Shown piece after piece: positions 7,119 through 18,019 of a stretch of DNA of 38,277 nt. The stretch comes from Bacteroidales bacterium. GTDB lineage: Bacteria > Bacteroidota > Bacteroidia > Bacteroidales > WCHB1-69. A program made the translations under genes and the position numbers. The stretch covers positions 1 through 38,277 of the forward strand of contig JAGBPE010000235.1 of the NCBI GenBank assembly GCA_017633495.1, read 5' to 3'. The stretch's first letter is position 1; the number at the start of each line of letters is the position of its first letter. The notes below the pieces were generated by a model that worked only from the letters and a program-made list of their open reading frames with translations, searched no databases and was not told the origin of the DNA.

Positions 7119-9428
7119 ATGTATAGTGCGAAATCCGGCTCATTGCCGAACAAAGATAAACAAAAACAACCGCAGACCGCTTGGCCGAAATGGGCGAAGA
7201 CTTTCTGGAAAGTCTATTTCATCCTGTTCGGCATCGTATGCCTCATGTTCTTTTTCATCTCCCTGGGATGGATGGGTTACATGCCCTCGTTTGCGGAATT
7301 GGAAAACCCCGACTCAAATCTGGCCACGGAGGTCATCTCCTCCGACGGCGTACTGTTGGGCACATATTACCGCGAAAACCGCTCCAACTGTAAATACGCC
7401 GACCTTTCCCAAGAGCTGAAAGACGCCCTCATCGCGACGGAAGATTCCCGCTTTTACAACCACTCCGGTGTGGACGTGAAGGCGCTGTTCCGCGTGGCTG
7501 TGGGCGTGGCGACCTTCCACCGCAAGGGCGGCGGTAGTACCATCACCCAACAGCTGGCCAAGAACCTCTTCCCCCGCGACCCGAAAGCCGGCAAAATCAA
7601 GATTGTCTTCACGAAATTCAAAGAGTGGGTCGTGGCCACCAAGCTGGAACGTGCCTACTCAAAAGACGAAATCTTAGCCATGTACTTCAACACAGTCGAT
7701 TTCGGCAACAACGCCGTGGGTATCAAGAGCGCCGCGCGCACCTACTTCGACAAGGATCCCGCTGATATCAACACCGAAGAGGCCGCTCTGCTGGTGGGTA
7801 TGTTGAAAGCTCCTTCCAAATACAGCCCGCGACGCCATCCGCAAGCCTCCCTCGATCGACGTAACACTGTGCTCAGTCAGATGAAAAAATACGATTATCT
7901 CACTGAAAGCCAGTACGATTCCATCAAGCAGATTCCGATTGACATGAGCAACTTCAAGTCGCAAGCCCACACCGCCGGCATCGCCACCTATTTCCGCGAA
8001 TATTTGCGTCTGGTGCTGAAGGACTGGTGCGACAACAACCCCAAGAACGACGGTTCCCGCTACGACCTCTACTGCGATGGTCTCAAAGTCTACACCACAA
8101 TCGACTCGCGTATGCAACAACATGCCGAAGCCGCTGTGAAAGAGCACGTTTGCGACTATCTGCAGCCGTTGTTCTTCAACCACATCAAGGGGGCGAAGAA
8201 CGCTCCTTTCGTCAACCTCAGCGACGAACAGACCCACAATATCCTGTGGCGCGCCGTGAAACAGAGCGACCGCTACGCGCTGATGAAAGACGCTGGCAAG
8301 TCTGATGCTGAAATTGAAGCCGCTTTCAACAAGAAGGTGAATATGACGGTTTACAGCTACAAAGGCATGATTGACACGGTGATGACCCCGATGGATTCCA
8401 TCCGTTACTACAAATCTTTCCTACAGTGCGGTTTGATGTGCATGGAAGCCGCCACCGGTCACGTCAAGGCTTACGTGGGCGGCACCAACTACGAATATTT
8501 CCAATTCGACCACGTGAAGCTTTCCAAGCGTCAGGTCGGATCCACCTTCAAACCATACGTCTACACCGTAGCCATGCAGAGCGGTGACTTCGATCCTTGC
8601 ACGATGGTGCCGAACGTTCCCGTGACCATCGAAACTCCCGGCGGTTCCTGGACGCCCCGCAACTCCGGTGCCCATAAAGAGGGACAAATGTTGCCGTTGA
8701 GCGAAGCGTTGGCATACTCCCTCAACCAAGTATCCGCCTATCTGATGAAACGCTACGGTCCCAACGCCGTGATCGACCTTGTGCGCAATATGGGCATGAC
8801 CTCCGACATTCCCGCCGTCCCCTCCATCTGTCTGGGTGCGTGCGAGTTGACCTTATACGAACAGGTAGGTGCCATCAACTGCTTCCCCAACCAAGGCGTC
8901 TATGTGGAGCCCATCTTCATCACGCATATCTGCGACAAGGAGGGGAATGTGATCTACACCAAAGTGCCCAAGACCAACGAAGCCATGGACCAGATCACCG
9001 CCTTCAAAACGGTGCGACTGATGCAGGGCGTGGTGGACTTCGGTACCGGCGGACGACTGCGCAGCCAATATGGCATCAACTTCCCGTGTGCAGGCAAAAC
9101 CGGCACCACCGACAATCAATCCGACGGTTGGTTTGTGGGCTACACCCCGCTGCTGACCTGCGGCGTATGGGTAGGTTGCGAAGACCGTGCCGCCCACTTC
9201 CGCAGCACAGCATTGGGACAGGGCGCTCGCACCGCCATGCCCGTGTTCGGATTGTTCATGAGCAAAGTCTATGCTGATCCGAAACTGCCCTATCTGGGAA
9301 TCGTCACCGGCGAGAACAAGAGCCAGGAATCGGGCTACAGTTTCAGGATTCCGGCGGCCTATATCGGCGATCCTTCCGGCTGTAATGAGACCAAACGGGA
9401 TTCCATCATGAAATTGGATTTCGACTAG
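7119..9428 (+). CDS. Class A penicillin-binding protein (PBP1A-like transglycosylase/transpeptidase)
   Basis: TG motifs EDSRFYNHSGVD and GGSTITQQLAKN; TP motifs STFK, SLN, KTGT; N-terminal TM helix; start placed downstream of the promoter box. Confidence 0.94.
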   Translation: MYSAKSGSLPNKDKQKQPQTAWPKWAKTFWKVYFILFGIVCLMFFFISLGWMGYMPSFAELENPDSNLATEVISSDGVLLGTYYRENRSNCKYADLSQELKDALIATEDSRFYNHSGVDVKALFRVAVGVATFHRKGGGSTITQQLAKNLFPRDPKAGKIKIVFTKFKEWVVATKLERAYSKDEILAMYFNTVDFGNNAVGIKSAARTYFDKDPADINTEEAALLVGMLKAPSKYSPRRHPQASLDRRNTVLSQMKKYDYLTESQYDSIKQIPIDMSNFKSQAHTAGIATYFREYLRLVLKDWCDNNPKNDGSRYDLYCDGLKVYTTIDSRMQQHAEAAVKEHVCDYLQPLFFNHIKGAKNAPFVNLSDEQTHNILWRAVKQSDRYALMKDAGKSDAEIEAAFNKKVNMTVYSYKGMIDTVMTPMDSIRYYKSFLQCGLMCMEAATGHVKAYVGGTNYEYFQFDHVKLSKRQVGSTFKPYVYTVAMQSGDFDPCTMVPNVPVTIETPGGSWTPRNSGAHKEGQMLPLSEALAYSLNQVSAYLMKRYGPNAVIDLVRNMGMTSDIPAVPSICLGACELTLYEQVGAINCFPNQGVYVEPIFITHICDKEGNVIYTKVPKTNEAMDQITAFKTVRLMQGVVDFGTGGRLRSQYGINFPCAGKTGTTDNQSDGWFVGYTPLLTCGVWVGCEDRAAHFRSTALGQGARTAMPVFGLFMSKVYADPKLPYLGIVTGENKSQESGYSFRIPAAYIGDPSGCNETKRDSIMKLDFD

Positions 9429-9450
9429 TACCTATATACTAAAAAAATAC

Positions 9451-9458
9451 TATATTTG
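9451..9458 (+). promoter_or_regulatory. Housekeeping promoter -7 box
   Basis: TATATTTG 15 nt upstream of ATG 9474. Confidence 0.6.
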
Positions 9459-9473
9459 CACGCTTTTTTTAAT

Positions 9474-10418
9474 ATGGCAAAAAAGACTTGTAATATATTA
9501 ATAATCATACTGTTAGCCTTCGTGACGAATGCGTATGCAACGGATTCTCGCGGAGTGCTTTCATACGATTTGCAAAAAGTGTGCTTGTCGATGGACACTT
9601 CAAAGCCTGTGACCAAAAAAGACTCCACAAAACCCGCCAAGAAGAAAACCATCACCCGTGTGCGCGACAAACGTGTCACGTTCGAGACTTTCGACCAGAA
9701 CTACGAACGCGCTCTGAAATATTACAACAACAAGCAATGGCTCTCCGCCGCCGGTCTCTTCGAAGAACTTTACCCGCTTTCTCTCGGTACGCCCCGTGCC
9801 GACACGATCCTCTACCTTTTTGCCGACTCCTACTACCAGAACGGCGACTACAACATGGCCGCTTTCCACTTCCGCGACTACGTGCGCCGTTACCCCAACG
9901 CAGACCGCACGGAAGACGCCTTCTTCCGTTGCATTCAGGCTGTCTACAAAACAAGTCCCGAATACTACCTTGACCAATCGAACACCGAATATGCCATCGA
10001 GCAGATCAAAGCATTCCTGCAGGCTTATCCCGACAACAAACATGTGGAGGAATGCAATGTGATGCTGGATGACTTGCGGCTGAAATTAGCCCGCAAAGAA
10101 CTGGAAATCATGAAATTATACTACAACACAGACCATTACGAAGCGTGTCAGATTGCTGCCAAGAACTTCTTCAACAAATACGCCTATTCCCCGCTCATGC
10201 CTGAAGCAGGCTACTATCTGGTACTGAACAACTACGAATACGCCAAGCGCAGTACCGAACGTAAAAAACCTGAACGTCTCAAGACCTGTCTCGAATCCTG
10301 CCAAAGAATGCTGCTCCATCATCCTGACTGCAGCTACATCAAGGAGGTCGAGAAAATCATGCTGGACGTCACCAATCAACTGAAAAAATACAATCAAAAA
10401 TCAAACAATAAATCTTAG
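9474..10418 (+). CDS. bamD: Outer membrane protein assembly factor BamD (TPR)
   Basis: TPR helices with YYQNGDYNMAAFHF..Y..RYP, SPEYYLDQSNT, KLARKELEIMKLYY; conserved position before rpoZ-coaBC. Confidence 0.88.
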   Translation: MAKKTCNILIIILLAFVTNAYATDSRGVLSYDLQKVCLSMDTSKPVTKKDSTKPAKKKTITRVRDKRVTFETFDQNYERALKYYNNKQWLSAAGLFEELYPLSLGTPRADTILYLFADSYYQNGDYNMAAFHFRDYVRRYPNADRTEDAFFRCIQAVYKTSPEYYLDQSNTEYAIEQIKAFLQAYPDNKHVEECNVMLDDLRLKLARKELEIMKLYYNTDHYEACQIAAKNFFNKYAYSPLMPEAGYYLVLNNYEYAKRSTERKKPERLKTCLESCQRMLLHHPDCSYIKEVEKIMLDVTNQLKKYNQKSNNKS

Positions 10419-10420
10419 TA

Positions 10421-10750
10421 ATGAAAGCTTTAGAATACAAAAAGTTGAAAATCGACCTGTTTGCCAAGACCAAAGACATCCGCAAATACGACAAAGATAC
10501 GGGCAACTTCTACAAGAGCATCGTCATCATGTCGAAACGCGCCGACCAAATCGCAGCGGAACTGAAGCAAGAGTTTCAGGAGAATTCCCACCTCTCCGCT
10601 CCGCAAGAGCGTTCTGGCGAGGAGATTTACGAAAACCGCGAACAGATCGAACTTTCAAAGATGTACGAGCAGCTGCCCAAGCCGACCCAGCTCGCACTCT
10701 ACGAGTTTGAAAACGACCAGATCTATTTCAACGACGTCGACGAAAAATAA
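10421..10750 (+). CDS. rpoZ: RNA polymerase omega subunit (Bacteroidota type)
   Basis: TGNFYKSIVIMSKRADQI, ENREQIELSKMYEQLPKPT; bamD-rpoZ-coaBC synteny. Confidence 0.88.
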   Translation: MKALEYKKLKIDLFAKTKDIRKYDKDTGNFYKSIVIMSKRADQIAAELKQEFQENSHLSAPQERSGEEIYENREQIELSKMYEQLPKPTQLALYEFENDQIYFNDVDEK

Positions 10751-10759
10751 TTCACTGGA

Positions 10760-11956
10760 ATGGGCAAACACATTGTCATAGGCATCACCGGAGGCATCGC
10801 GGCTTACAAGACCATGTACCTCATCCGGCTGTTCAAGAAGAACGGCTACGAGGTGCGCGTGACCGCCACGGCGAACGCCTTGCAGTTTGTGACCCCGCTC
10901 ACCATCGAGACGCTGTCTCAGAACAAGTTATACACTGACATGTTCGACTGCCACCGCACGCTGGAGGTCGAACATATCAGTATGGCGGAATGGGCCGACG
11001 CGCTGGTCGTAGCCCCGGCAACCGCCAACTCCATCGCGAAATTCGCGCACGGCATTGCCGACGACGCACTCTCCACCCTCTTCCTTGCGGTGAAAAAGCC
11101 GGTGTTTATCGCACCTGCAATGAACAGCAACATGTTTGAGAGTGCTGTCGTTCAAGAGAACATCGCCATCCTCAAAGAAAGAGGCTGCCAGATACTGCTT
11201 CCCAACGAGGGCTTCTTGGCTTGCGGCACCACCGGCAACGGCCGTATGGAGGAGCCGGAGGAGATTTTCGACGCGGTGGACGAATTCCTGACGGCAGACC
11301 ACACCCTTGAAGGAAAAAGAGTGATGATCACCGCAGGTCCCACCTACGAACCCATCGATCCCGTGCGGTTCATCGGCAACCACTCTTCCGGACTCATGGG
11401 CTTCTGCCTCGCAGAAGCGGCTGCACGCAAAGGCGCTGTCGTGTCGTTGGTCACCGGCCCTTCCAACTGCACTGCCCGCCACCGCAACATCCAACGCTAC
11501 GATGTAAAAACCGCCGAGGAGATGTACCAGCAATGCATGCAACTGGTGGACGATCAAGACATCATCATTATGTCGGCAGCGGTGGCCGATTTCACACCCG
11601 CAACCGTCGCGCCCGAAAAGATCAAGAAAGAGATGTCCCAACTCTCCATTGACTTGGTGAAGACGAAAGACATTCTTGCCTCCGTCGGGAAAATCAAACG
11701 CGACAACCAACTGCTCATCGGCTTTGCTTTGGAGACGGAAAACGAGGTCGAAAATGCCAAGAAAAAACTGCATAATAAAAACGCCGACCTCATCGTTCTT
11801 AACTCTTTGCGAACCGCTGGCGCAGGCTTCCGCACCGCCACCAACCAGGTGACGATTTTCGGTAAAGACGGCCGCGAGTTCGCCAGTGAATTGAAAAGTA
11901 AACAAGAAATCGCCCAGGAAATATTACAAACGGCGCTGAAATATATTCAACAATAA
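10760..11956 (+). CDS. coaBC: Bifunctional phosphopantothenoylcysteine decarboxylase/ligase
   Basis: GITGGIAAYK, APATAN, PAMN, ITAGPTYEPIDPVRFIGNHSSG, AAVADF, GFALET. Confidence 0.97.
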   Translation: MGKHIVIGITGGIAAYKTMYLIRLFKKNGYEVRVTATANALQFVTPLTIETLSQNKLYTDMFDCHRTLEVEHISMAEWADALVVAPATANSIAKFAHGIADDALSTLFLAVKKPVFIAPAMNSNMFESAVVQENIAILKERGCQILLPNEGFLACGTTGNGRMEEPEEIFDAVDEFLTADHTLEGKRVMITAGPTYEPIDPVRFIGNHSSGLMGFCLAEAAARKGAVVSLVTGPSNCTARHRNIQRYDVKTAEEMYQQCMQLVDDQDIIIMSAAVADFTPATVAPEKIKKEMSQLSIDLVKTKDILASVGKIKRDNQLLIGFALETENEVENAKKKLHNKNADLIVLNSLRTAGAGFRTATNQVTIFGKDGREFASELKSKQEIAQEILQTALKYIQQ

Positions 11957-11969
11957 GAAAAAAACAACT

Positions 11970-12872
11970 ATGAAACGCATTTTCGGACTTATCATCGTCA
12001 TGCTGATCTCCTTTGGCTCACTGAAGGCTCAAGACTTCCAATGCGCCATCTCCATTAACGCCACCCAAATCTCAAACACGGGCAATCAGCAGCGATACAA
12101 CGAGTTAAGACAGAAACTGTACTCCTTTATCCACGAACGGAAATGGTGTCAGTATAACCTGAAACAGAATGAACGCATCGAATGTTCCATCACCATCAAC
12201 TTGACCAAAGCCTCTGGTGACGAATATGAAGGTACCGCCACCATAGTTTTGCAACGCCCTGTCTACAAGGCCAGTTACAAGACTACGTTGATGAGTTTTC
12301 AGGACAAGAAGGTGAAATTCAAATATGCAGACGGCGACCCGCTGGAGTATGACGAAAACTCCAATCTTTCGGAAATCACCTCTCTGATTGCCTATTACCT
12401 GAATCTTTTCATTGCCGTTGAGCTGGACTCCTTCTCCCCAAACGGCGGTTCTCCCTATTTCAGCAAGTGCCAAAACATTGTAAACCAAAACCTTAGAGAT
12501 GTCGGTTGGAGTGTGGCGGAAAGCGGACAAAACAACCGTTATTGGATTACGGAGAATTTCACCAACGGCACCTACAGCAAGATTCACGATTTCTACTATC
12601 AATACCACCGTCTGGGTCTGGATGTGATGTACGAGACCCCGGATGCCGGCCGCGCTGTCATTCTGGAAAGTCTCAAACTGCTGCAGCAAGTCAACGCCCA
12701 AAAATCCAATCTGGCCGTTGTCCGCATCATTTTGAATACAAAAAAGGACGAAATCATCAATATCTTCAAGGAAGGAATGCCGTCTGAGAAGACGCAGGTA
12801 ATCAACATCATGAAGCAAATCGACCCGACCAACGCTTCTGCGTATGATGCCATCAACACCGCATCTAAATAA
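11970..12872 (+). CDS. DUF4835 family protein (T9SS-associated PorD-like)
   Basis: Signal peptide; ERIECS, RPVY, DSFSPNGG, NRYW, YHRLGLD motifs; position between coaBC and recN. Confidence 0.8.
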   Translation: MKRIFGLIIVMLISFGSLKAQDFQCAISINATQISNTGNQQRYNELRQKLYSFIHERKWCQYNLKQNERIECSITINLTKASGDEYEGTATIVLQRPVYKASYKTTLMSFQDKKVKFKYADGDPLEYDENSNLSEITSLIAYYLNLFIAVELDSFSPNGGSPYFSKCQNIVNQNLRDVGWSVAESGQNNRYWITENFTNGTYSKIHDFYYQYHRLGLDVMYETPDAGRAVILESLKLLQQVNAQKSNLAVVRIILNTKKDEIINIFKEGMPSEKTQVINIMKQIDPTNASAYDAINTASK

Positions 12873-12877
12873 CAGCA

Positions 12878-14551
12878 ATGCTAACTTCCCTGCAAATAGA
12901 GAACTATGCGATTATCCGGTCTTTAGAAATCCCATTTCAGCAAGGCTTGATCGTGATTACCGGCGAAACGGGTGCCGGCAAATCTATCCTTATGGGTGCT
13001 CTTTCCCTTATTCTCGGGAATCGCGCCGACACGGACGTTCTCTTCGACAAATCCAGAAAATGCATTGTGGAGGCCACCTTCAATGTTTCCGACCTTGACC
13101 TCCGTCCACTTTTCCAGCAATACGATCTTGATTACCAAGACGACACTATCATCCGTCGGGAGATCAACGAACATGGGAAGTCGAGAGCCTTCATCAACGA
13201 CACGCCTGTGACGCTCGCCGTGTTGAAAGCCGTCTCTTCCCTGCTTGTGGACATCCACTCCCAGCACCAGACCCTGATGCTGCAAAATGTCGGTTTCCGG
13301 ATTAAGCTGATCGACCAGTTCGCGCAAAACCAGCAACTTTACACCCAATACCAACAGGCACTGGAGACATGGCGGAAACAGAAGAAAGCGCTGGAACAGC
13401 TGCGCGAGAAATGCGCTGAGGCCGACCGCCGCTACGACTTCAATCGCTACACGGTGGATGAGTTGGAAGCTGCTGCGCTAGACCCTGATGAGCAGGCACG
13501 AATCGAGCAGCAAATCAACGAGTTGACACATGCAGAGTCGATAAAGTCGCACCTATACAATGCCACGGCGCTACTTTCGGAACAGGAGGGTGACAATATA
13601 TTATATATGTTGAAAACTGTCCGCGAAGAGTGTCGTTCCCTCTCCAGCATGGGTGGAGAATACGACCATTATCTACAACGGCTGGACAATCTGCTGGCAG
13701 AAGCGCAGGATTTGTCATACGAGATGTCAAAGAAAAACGACAACATCGAGATCAATCCTGAGCTGCTGAACCAACTTAACGAACGACTCGATCTGCTCTT
13801 CTCCCTGCAGAACAAATACCACGTGAACGACAACGCCGGACTGATTGAGCTACTGAACCAGCTACATCAGGAACTGGAAGAGTATACTGACAATAAAGAA
13901 GGGCTGAAAGAGCTGGAGAGAGCTGTAAGTGATTGCGAAAAAGAGACCAGGGAGTTGGCCAAAAAACTGACGGAAACGCGCCGGAACGCGATTCCGCAGT
14001 TGACTCGTGCCATGGAAGAGCGACTCTCCATGCTCGGCATGAAAGGCAGTCGCTTCGAAGTGCAACTGGACACCACGGACGAGTTGCGCGACAACGGAGC
14101 CGACACAGCCACGTTCCTCTTCTCCGCCAACGCCGGCATCGCGCCCGCTGACATCGCTAAAATCGCATCCGGCGGTGAAATGTCGCGTATCATGCTCTGT
14201 CTCAAGTCCATCATCACCGACACCATGTACCTGCCCACCATCATCTTCGATGAGATTGACACGGGCATCTCTGGGGAGACCGCTTCGAAAGTGGGGCAGA
14301 TGATGCAGCTGCTGGCCACCAACCATCAGGTGATTGCCATCACGCATCTGCCGCAAATCGCGGCCTGCGGAAACCAACATCTTCTCGTCCACAAACAGTC
14401 CACCGACACGCAAACATTCACCAATATCAAGATCTTAAGCACGCAAGAACGCGAACATGTCATCGCCACAATGATGAGCGGCGAAAGTTGCTCTGAATCT
14501 GCCATGAATACCGCTCGCGAAATGCTACAATCCACACAAAAGAAAAAATAA
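12878..14551 (+). CDS. recN: DNA repair protein RecN
   Basis: Walker A TGETGAGKS, DIHSQH, ASGGEMSR, IFDEIDTG, ITHLPQIA. Confidence 0.97.
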   Translation: MLTSLQIENYAIIRSLEIPFQQGLIVITGETGAGKSILMGALSLILGNRADTDVLFDKSRKCIVEATFNVSDLDLRPLFQQYDLDYQDDTIIRREINEHGKSRAFINDTPVTLAVLKAVSSLLVDIHSQHQTLMLQNVGFRIKLIDQFAQNQQLYTQYQQALETWRKQKKALEQLREKCAEADRRYDFNRYTVDELEAAALDPDEQARIEQQINELTHAESIKSHLYNATALLSEQEGDNILYMLKTVREECRSLSSMGGEYDHYLQRLDNLLAEAQDLSYEMSKKNDNIEINPELLNQLNERLDLLFSLQNKYHVNDNAGLIELLNQLHQELEEYTDNKEGLKELERAVSDCEKETRELAKKLTETRRNAIPQLTRAMEERLSMLGMKGSRFEVQLDTTDELRDNGADTATFLFSANAGIAPADIAKIASGGEMSRIMLCLKSIITDTMYLPTIIFDEIDTGISGETASKVGQMMQLLATNHQVIAITHLPQIAACGNQHLLVHKQSTDTQTFTNIKILSTQEREHVIATMMSGESCSESAMNTAREMLQSTQKKK

Positions 14552-14566
14552 CCAATCATATACCGT

Positions 14567-15187
14567 ATGAAAAAGACAATTCTTGTCCTCGCAGCCGTTA
14601 TCATTTGCTTCTCAGGGTACACGCAAAACCGCCGCCCTACCCCAGAAAGGAAATTCATCTATATGACTTCCTTCGGGTATGCAACTGGCATGGGACAAAT
14701 TGAACTGGAAAACAAGACCGTTCAGAACAGGAATTTCAATGTTTCAGTAAACCAATTGCTTGGTTATCAGTTCAATCCCTATTTCCAAATGGGATTAGGA
14801 GCAGGCTTCGACATCTGGAAGCACACCGCCTTCATTCCTGTATATCTGAATCTGACGGTGAATTTCACCGACACTAAGATCGAACCGCTGTTCTACCTCA
14901 ACTTGGGTTACAGCTTCAAATGGTATGTCTCTTCCGTGCCGGAGCCGATGGACAGAGTAGTGCACGGCACTAAGAGCGGTCCCACCGGCGAATCAGGCAT
15001 TGGTATGCGCATCAACCTTAACGAGAAGCTCTCCATCGTGCTGGCAGCCTGCTACAAAGCCCAATACACTGACATCCGCTACACCATCCTCAAGCCCGAC
15101 GAACAGGACCATTCCGCCTTCTCCACCAACTCCCGCAAAGACGTGCTGTATCATTTCGCAGGCGTCCGCCTCGGATTCCAGTTTTAA
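14567..15187 (+). CDS. Small outer-membrane beta-barrel protein
   Basis: Signal peptide, amphipathic strands (GYQFNPYFQMGLGAG), terminal VRLGFQF beta-signal. Confidence 0.7.
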   Translation: MKKTILVLAAVIICFSGYTQNRRPTPERKFIYMTSFGYATGMGQIELENKTVQNRNFNVSVNQLLGYQFNPYFQMGLGAGFDIWKHTAFIPVYLNLTVNFTDTKIEPLFYLNLGYSFKWYVSSVPEPMDRVVHGTKSGPTGESGIGMRINLNEKLSIVLAACYKAQYTDIRYTILKPDEQDHSAFSTNSRKDVLYHFAGVRLGFQF

Positions 15188-15219
15188 TTAGTAATGAGAA
15201 ATTTGTAATTAGTAATGGG
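15185..15219. repeat. Heptamer tandem repeat
   Basis: TAATTAG TAATGAG AAATTTG TAATTAG TAATGGG fills the whole gap from stop codon to the next ATG. Confidence 0.7.
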
Positions 15220-15424
15220 TGTTATGAGTAAACAAGAAGAAATTACATATACAGCAGCCTTTGAAGAACTCAAAGAGATCGTGGATCAGCTGGAGAACGA
15301 CAACATCAGCGTGGATGAGCTGACCGAGAAGATGAAGCGCGCTACGGTGCTGATGAAAATTTGCCGTGACAAACTGACCAAAACCGAAGAAGAAGTCAAC
15401 AAAACCATCGCCGAACTGTCGTAA
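15215..15424 (+). CDS. xseB: Exodeoxyribonuclease VII small subunit
   Basis: TYTAAFEELKEIVDQLENDNISVDEL...CRDKLTKTEEEV; true start may be the second Met. Confidence 0.9.
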   Translation: MGVMSKQEEITYTAAFEELKEIVDQLENDNISVDELTEKMKRATVLMKICRDKLTKTEEEVNKTIAELS

Positions 15425-16078
15425 ATGTCCACTTTTGAGCTGATAGACCCCGTAATCGAAGCCTACTGCGAATCGCACACTACTGCCGAATCGGAGTTGC
15501 TTCACCGTCTATACCGCCAAACACACCTGCAGACCATCAATCCACGGATGGCGTCAGGTCAACTGCAAGGACAATTCCTTTCACTGATTTCCAAAATGTT
15601 ACGTCCACGCAAGGTGCTCGAAATCGGCACATTCACGGGCTATTCCGCTATTTGTCTGGCCGAAGGACTTGCCGACAACGGCGAACTGCACACCATCGAA
15701 ATCAACGAGGAATACGAAGACCGCATTCGCGAGTATTTCGCGCAAAGTCCCGACCGCGACAAAATCAAACTGCACATCGGCGATGCGAAAGCCATCGTGC
15801 CCTCGCTCCAAGCACCATGGGATTTGGTCTTCATCGATGCGGAGAAAACCGACTACCAAGAGTATTACGACATCGTCTTACCATTGGTGCGTAAAGGCGG
15901 TTTTGTTCTGATTGACAACACTTTATGGAATAGCAAAGTAATCCATGAGGTGCAGCACAACGACAAAGACACGCAAGCGATATTGGCATTCAACGACATG
16001 GTACAGCAGGACAATCGTGTACGCAATCTGCTGTTGCCCTTCCGCGACGGCATCATGATCATAGAGAAATTACAATGA
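15425..16078 (+). CDS. Class I SAM-dependent O-methyltransferase (caffeoyl-CoA OMT-like)
   Basis: [33 protein letters not shown]. Confidence 0.9.
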   Translation: MSTFELIDPVIEAYCESHTTAESELLHRLYRQTHLQTINPRMASGQLQGQFLSLISKMLRPRKVLEIGTFTGYSAICLAEGLADNGELHTIEINEEYEDRIREYFAQSPDRDKIKLHIGDAKAIVPSLQAPWDLVFIDAEKTDYQEYYDIVLPLVRKGGFVLIDNTLWNSKVIHEVQHNDKDTQAILAFNDMVQQDNRVRNLLLPFRDGIMIIEKLQ

Positions 16079-16758
16079 TGAGAATAGACATATTGACCCT
16101 TTTTCCGGAGATGTTTCCCGGTGTTTTCGGCAGTTCGATTTTGAAACGCGCCGTGGAAAAGCAGTATTTGGAGCTTCATGTGCATGACATCCGTGCGTAC
16201 ACCTACGACAAGCACCACCGCGCCGACGACTACCCGTTCGGGGGCGGTGCTGGCATGGTGATGATGGTTGAGCCGATTGCCCGCTGTATCGAACAGCTGC
16301 AAAGCGAACGAGAATACGACGGCATCTTCCTGATGGCGCCCGACGGTGGCACCTTCAACCAGCAGAAAGCCAACGAGCTGTCACTGCGTAAAAACATCAT
16401 CCTGCTGTGCGGACATTACAAGGGTGTGGACGAACGCGTACGCGAACTCTACATCACCGAGGACATCAGCATTGGTGATTACGTGCTGTCAGGCGGCGAA
16501 CTGGCGGCCATGGTCATCACCGACGCCATTGCCCGCGTGATTCCCGGAGTCATCAGCGACGGTGCCTCCGCCCTCTCCGACTCTTTCCAAGACAACCTGC
16601 TCTCTGCTCCGGTCTATACTCGTCCCGCCGACTTCCGAGGCCACCGCGTTCCCGACGTTCTGCTCTCCGGAAACCAAAAATTGATTGATGAATGGCGTTA
16701 CAATCAACAACTTACACGAACCCAAGAACGCCGTCCCGACCTTCTGAGCCATGAATAA
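16075..16758 (+). CDS. trmD: tRNA (guanine37-N1)-methyltransferase
   Basis: [47 protein letters not shown]. Confidence 0.97.
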   Translation: MMRIDILTLFPEMFPGVFGSSILKRAVEKQYLELHVHDIRAYTYDKHHRADDYPFGGGAGMVMMVEPIARCIEQLQSEREYDGIFLMAPDGGTFNQQKANELSLRKNIILLCGHYKGVDERVRELYITEDISIGDYVLSGGELAAMVITDAIARVIPGVISDGASALSDSFQDNLLSAPVYTRPADFRGHRVPDVLLSGNQKLIDEWRYNQQLTRTQERRPDLLSHE

Positions 16759-18019
16759 TTTCCGTGACTATTGCCAATCGCTGCGCACTCCCGATGCGTT
16801 TTTCAACATCAGCTATGTCATTATGATGTTCATGATGGCGACGCTCCCTATCACCATCTTTTTCATGTGGCCCGTCGCCATCATACTGATGCTGCTGTGG
16901 ATATGCCAATGGAACTGGCGCGAGAAGTGGGAGAACTTCAAAGCCAACGATGGCATCCCTTACGGACTATTTCTACTCAGCGTTTTCTTGATACCCGTTT
17001 TTGGATTTATTAACTCTACAAACATGCCCATTGCATGGCGCGCCTTCGAATGTCACCTGTGGTTTCTTTTTGCCCCGCTGATCTTCCTTACCACCTCTCC
17101 GAAACTCTGGTCTAAACGACATATTAACACCTTGCTGATACTCTTTTCCATCAGCGAAATAGCCTTCCTGACCTTCCTTTTCATTCATGGCATCTACAAA
17201 ACATGGCAGACTGGCGACTACATCCACATGTACAACGACCTTTTCTGCTACAACCGTCATCACGCCTATGTCGCCCTCTACGCCAACTTCGTCTATCTGC
17301 TCATCTTCCACTATCTCATCGAAAACAGCGAACGAATCTCCAGGAACCGGAAAATTCTCCTTTATGCATTAGAAGTCTTCCTCGCAGTCGGCGTCTTTTG
17401 CGCATACTCGCGGGCCGGCATCCTCACCTTCTTGTTCATGCACATCGTATGGAGTATTTACGCCATTTACCGCAAACCTGCCCGCTGGAAATTCATCATA
17501 GCACTGATTTTCATTTTGTTCACACTATTTGCAGGGCTCATTGTGACCTCGCCCAGCAACCGTTTCACCGAATTCAGCTGGACATTCCATCGTCACGAGG
17601 ACAACAAGGCCCCTGACGCCCGCCTCATCATCTGGCAGGCGGCATGGGACGGTGCTGTTGAAAACCTCCCGTGGGGCGTGGGCACCGGCGACGGCAACGA
17701 CGTAGTTGTGGAAAAATACCACGAAAACGGACATTGGAAGAGCAGAAATCACTCCTATAACGCTCACAACCAGTTCCTTTTCGCACTGCTCACCAACGGC
17801 ATCCCCGGACTCATCATCATTCTGCTCTACTTCTACGCACCGTTAGGACTGGCTATCAAGTACCGCGACATGTTGTTGCTTTCCCTATTCCTACTCATGA
17901 CTTGCAACTGTCTGGTGGAATGCATGTTCGACCGCCGCGCCGGAGTGGATTTCTTCGCCATCATGATCCCGCTGATGCTCTTAAGATGCAAAACCCGTTC
18001 AATGTATAATGTACAATGA
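16751..18019 (+). CDS. O-antigen ligase / Wzy_C family membrane protein
   Basis: Multiple TM helices; SRAG, RLIIW, GVGTGD, NAHNQF motifs. Confidence 0.85.
   Translation: MNNFRDYCQSLRTPDAFFNISYVIMMFMMATLPITIFFMWPVAIILMLLWICQWNWREKWENFKANDGIPYGLFLLSVFLIPVFGFINSTNMPIAWRAFECHLWFLFAPLIFLTTSPKLWSKRHINTLLILFSISEIAFLTFLFIHGIYKTWQTGDYIHMYNDLFCYNRHHAYVALYANFVYLLIFHYLIENSERISRNRKILLYALEVFLAVGVFCAYSRAGILTFLFMHIVWSIYAIYRKPARWKFIIALIFILFTLFAGLIVTSPSNRFTEFSWTFHRHEDNKAPDARLIIWQAAWDGAVENLPWGVGTGDGNDVVVEKYHENGHWKSRNHSYNAHNQFLFALLTNGIPGLIIILLYFYAPLGLAIKYRDMLLLSLFLLMTCNCLVECMFDRRAGVDFFAIMIPLMLLRCKTRSMYNVQ

Noticed and set aside
9474-14551. bamD-rpoZ-coaBC-DUF4835-recN as a novel functional cluster
   Set aside because: This is a widely conserved Bacteroidota gene order rather than something particular to this window.
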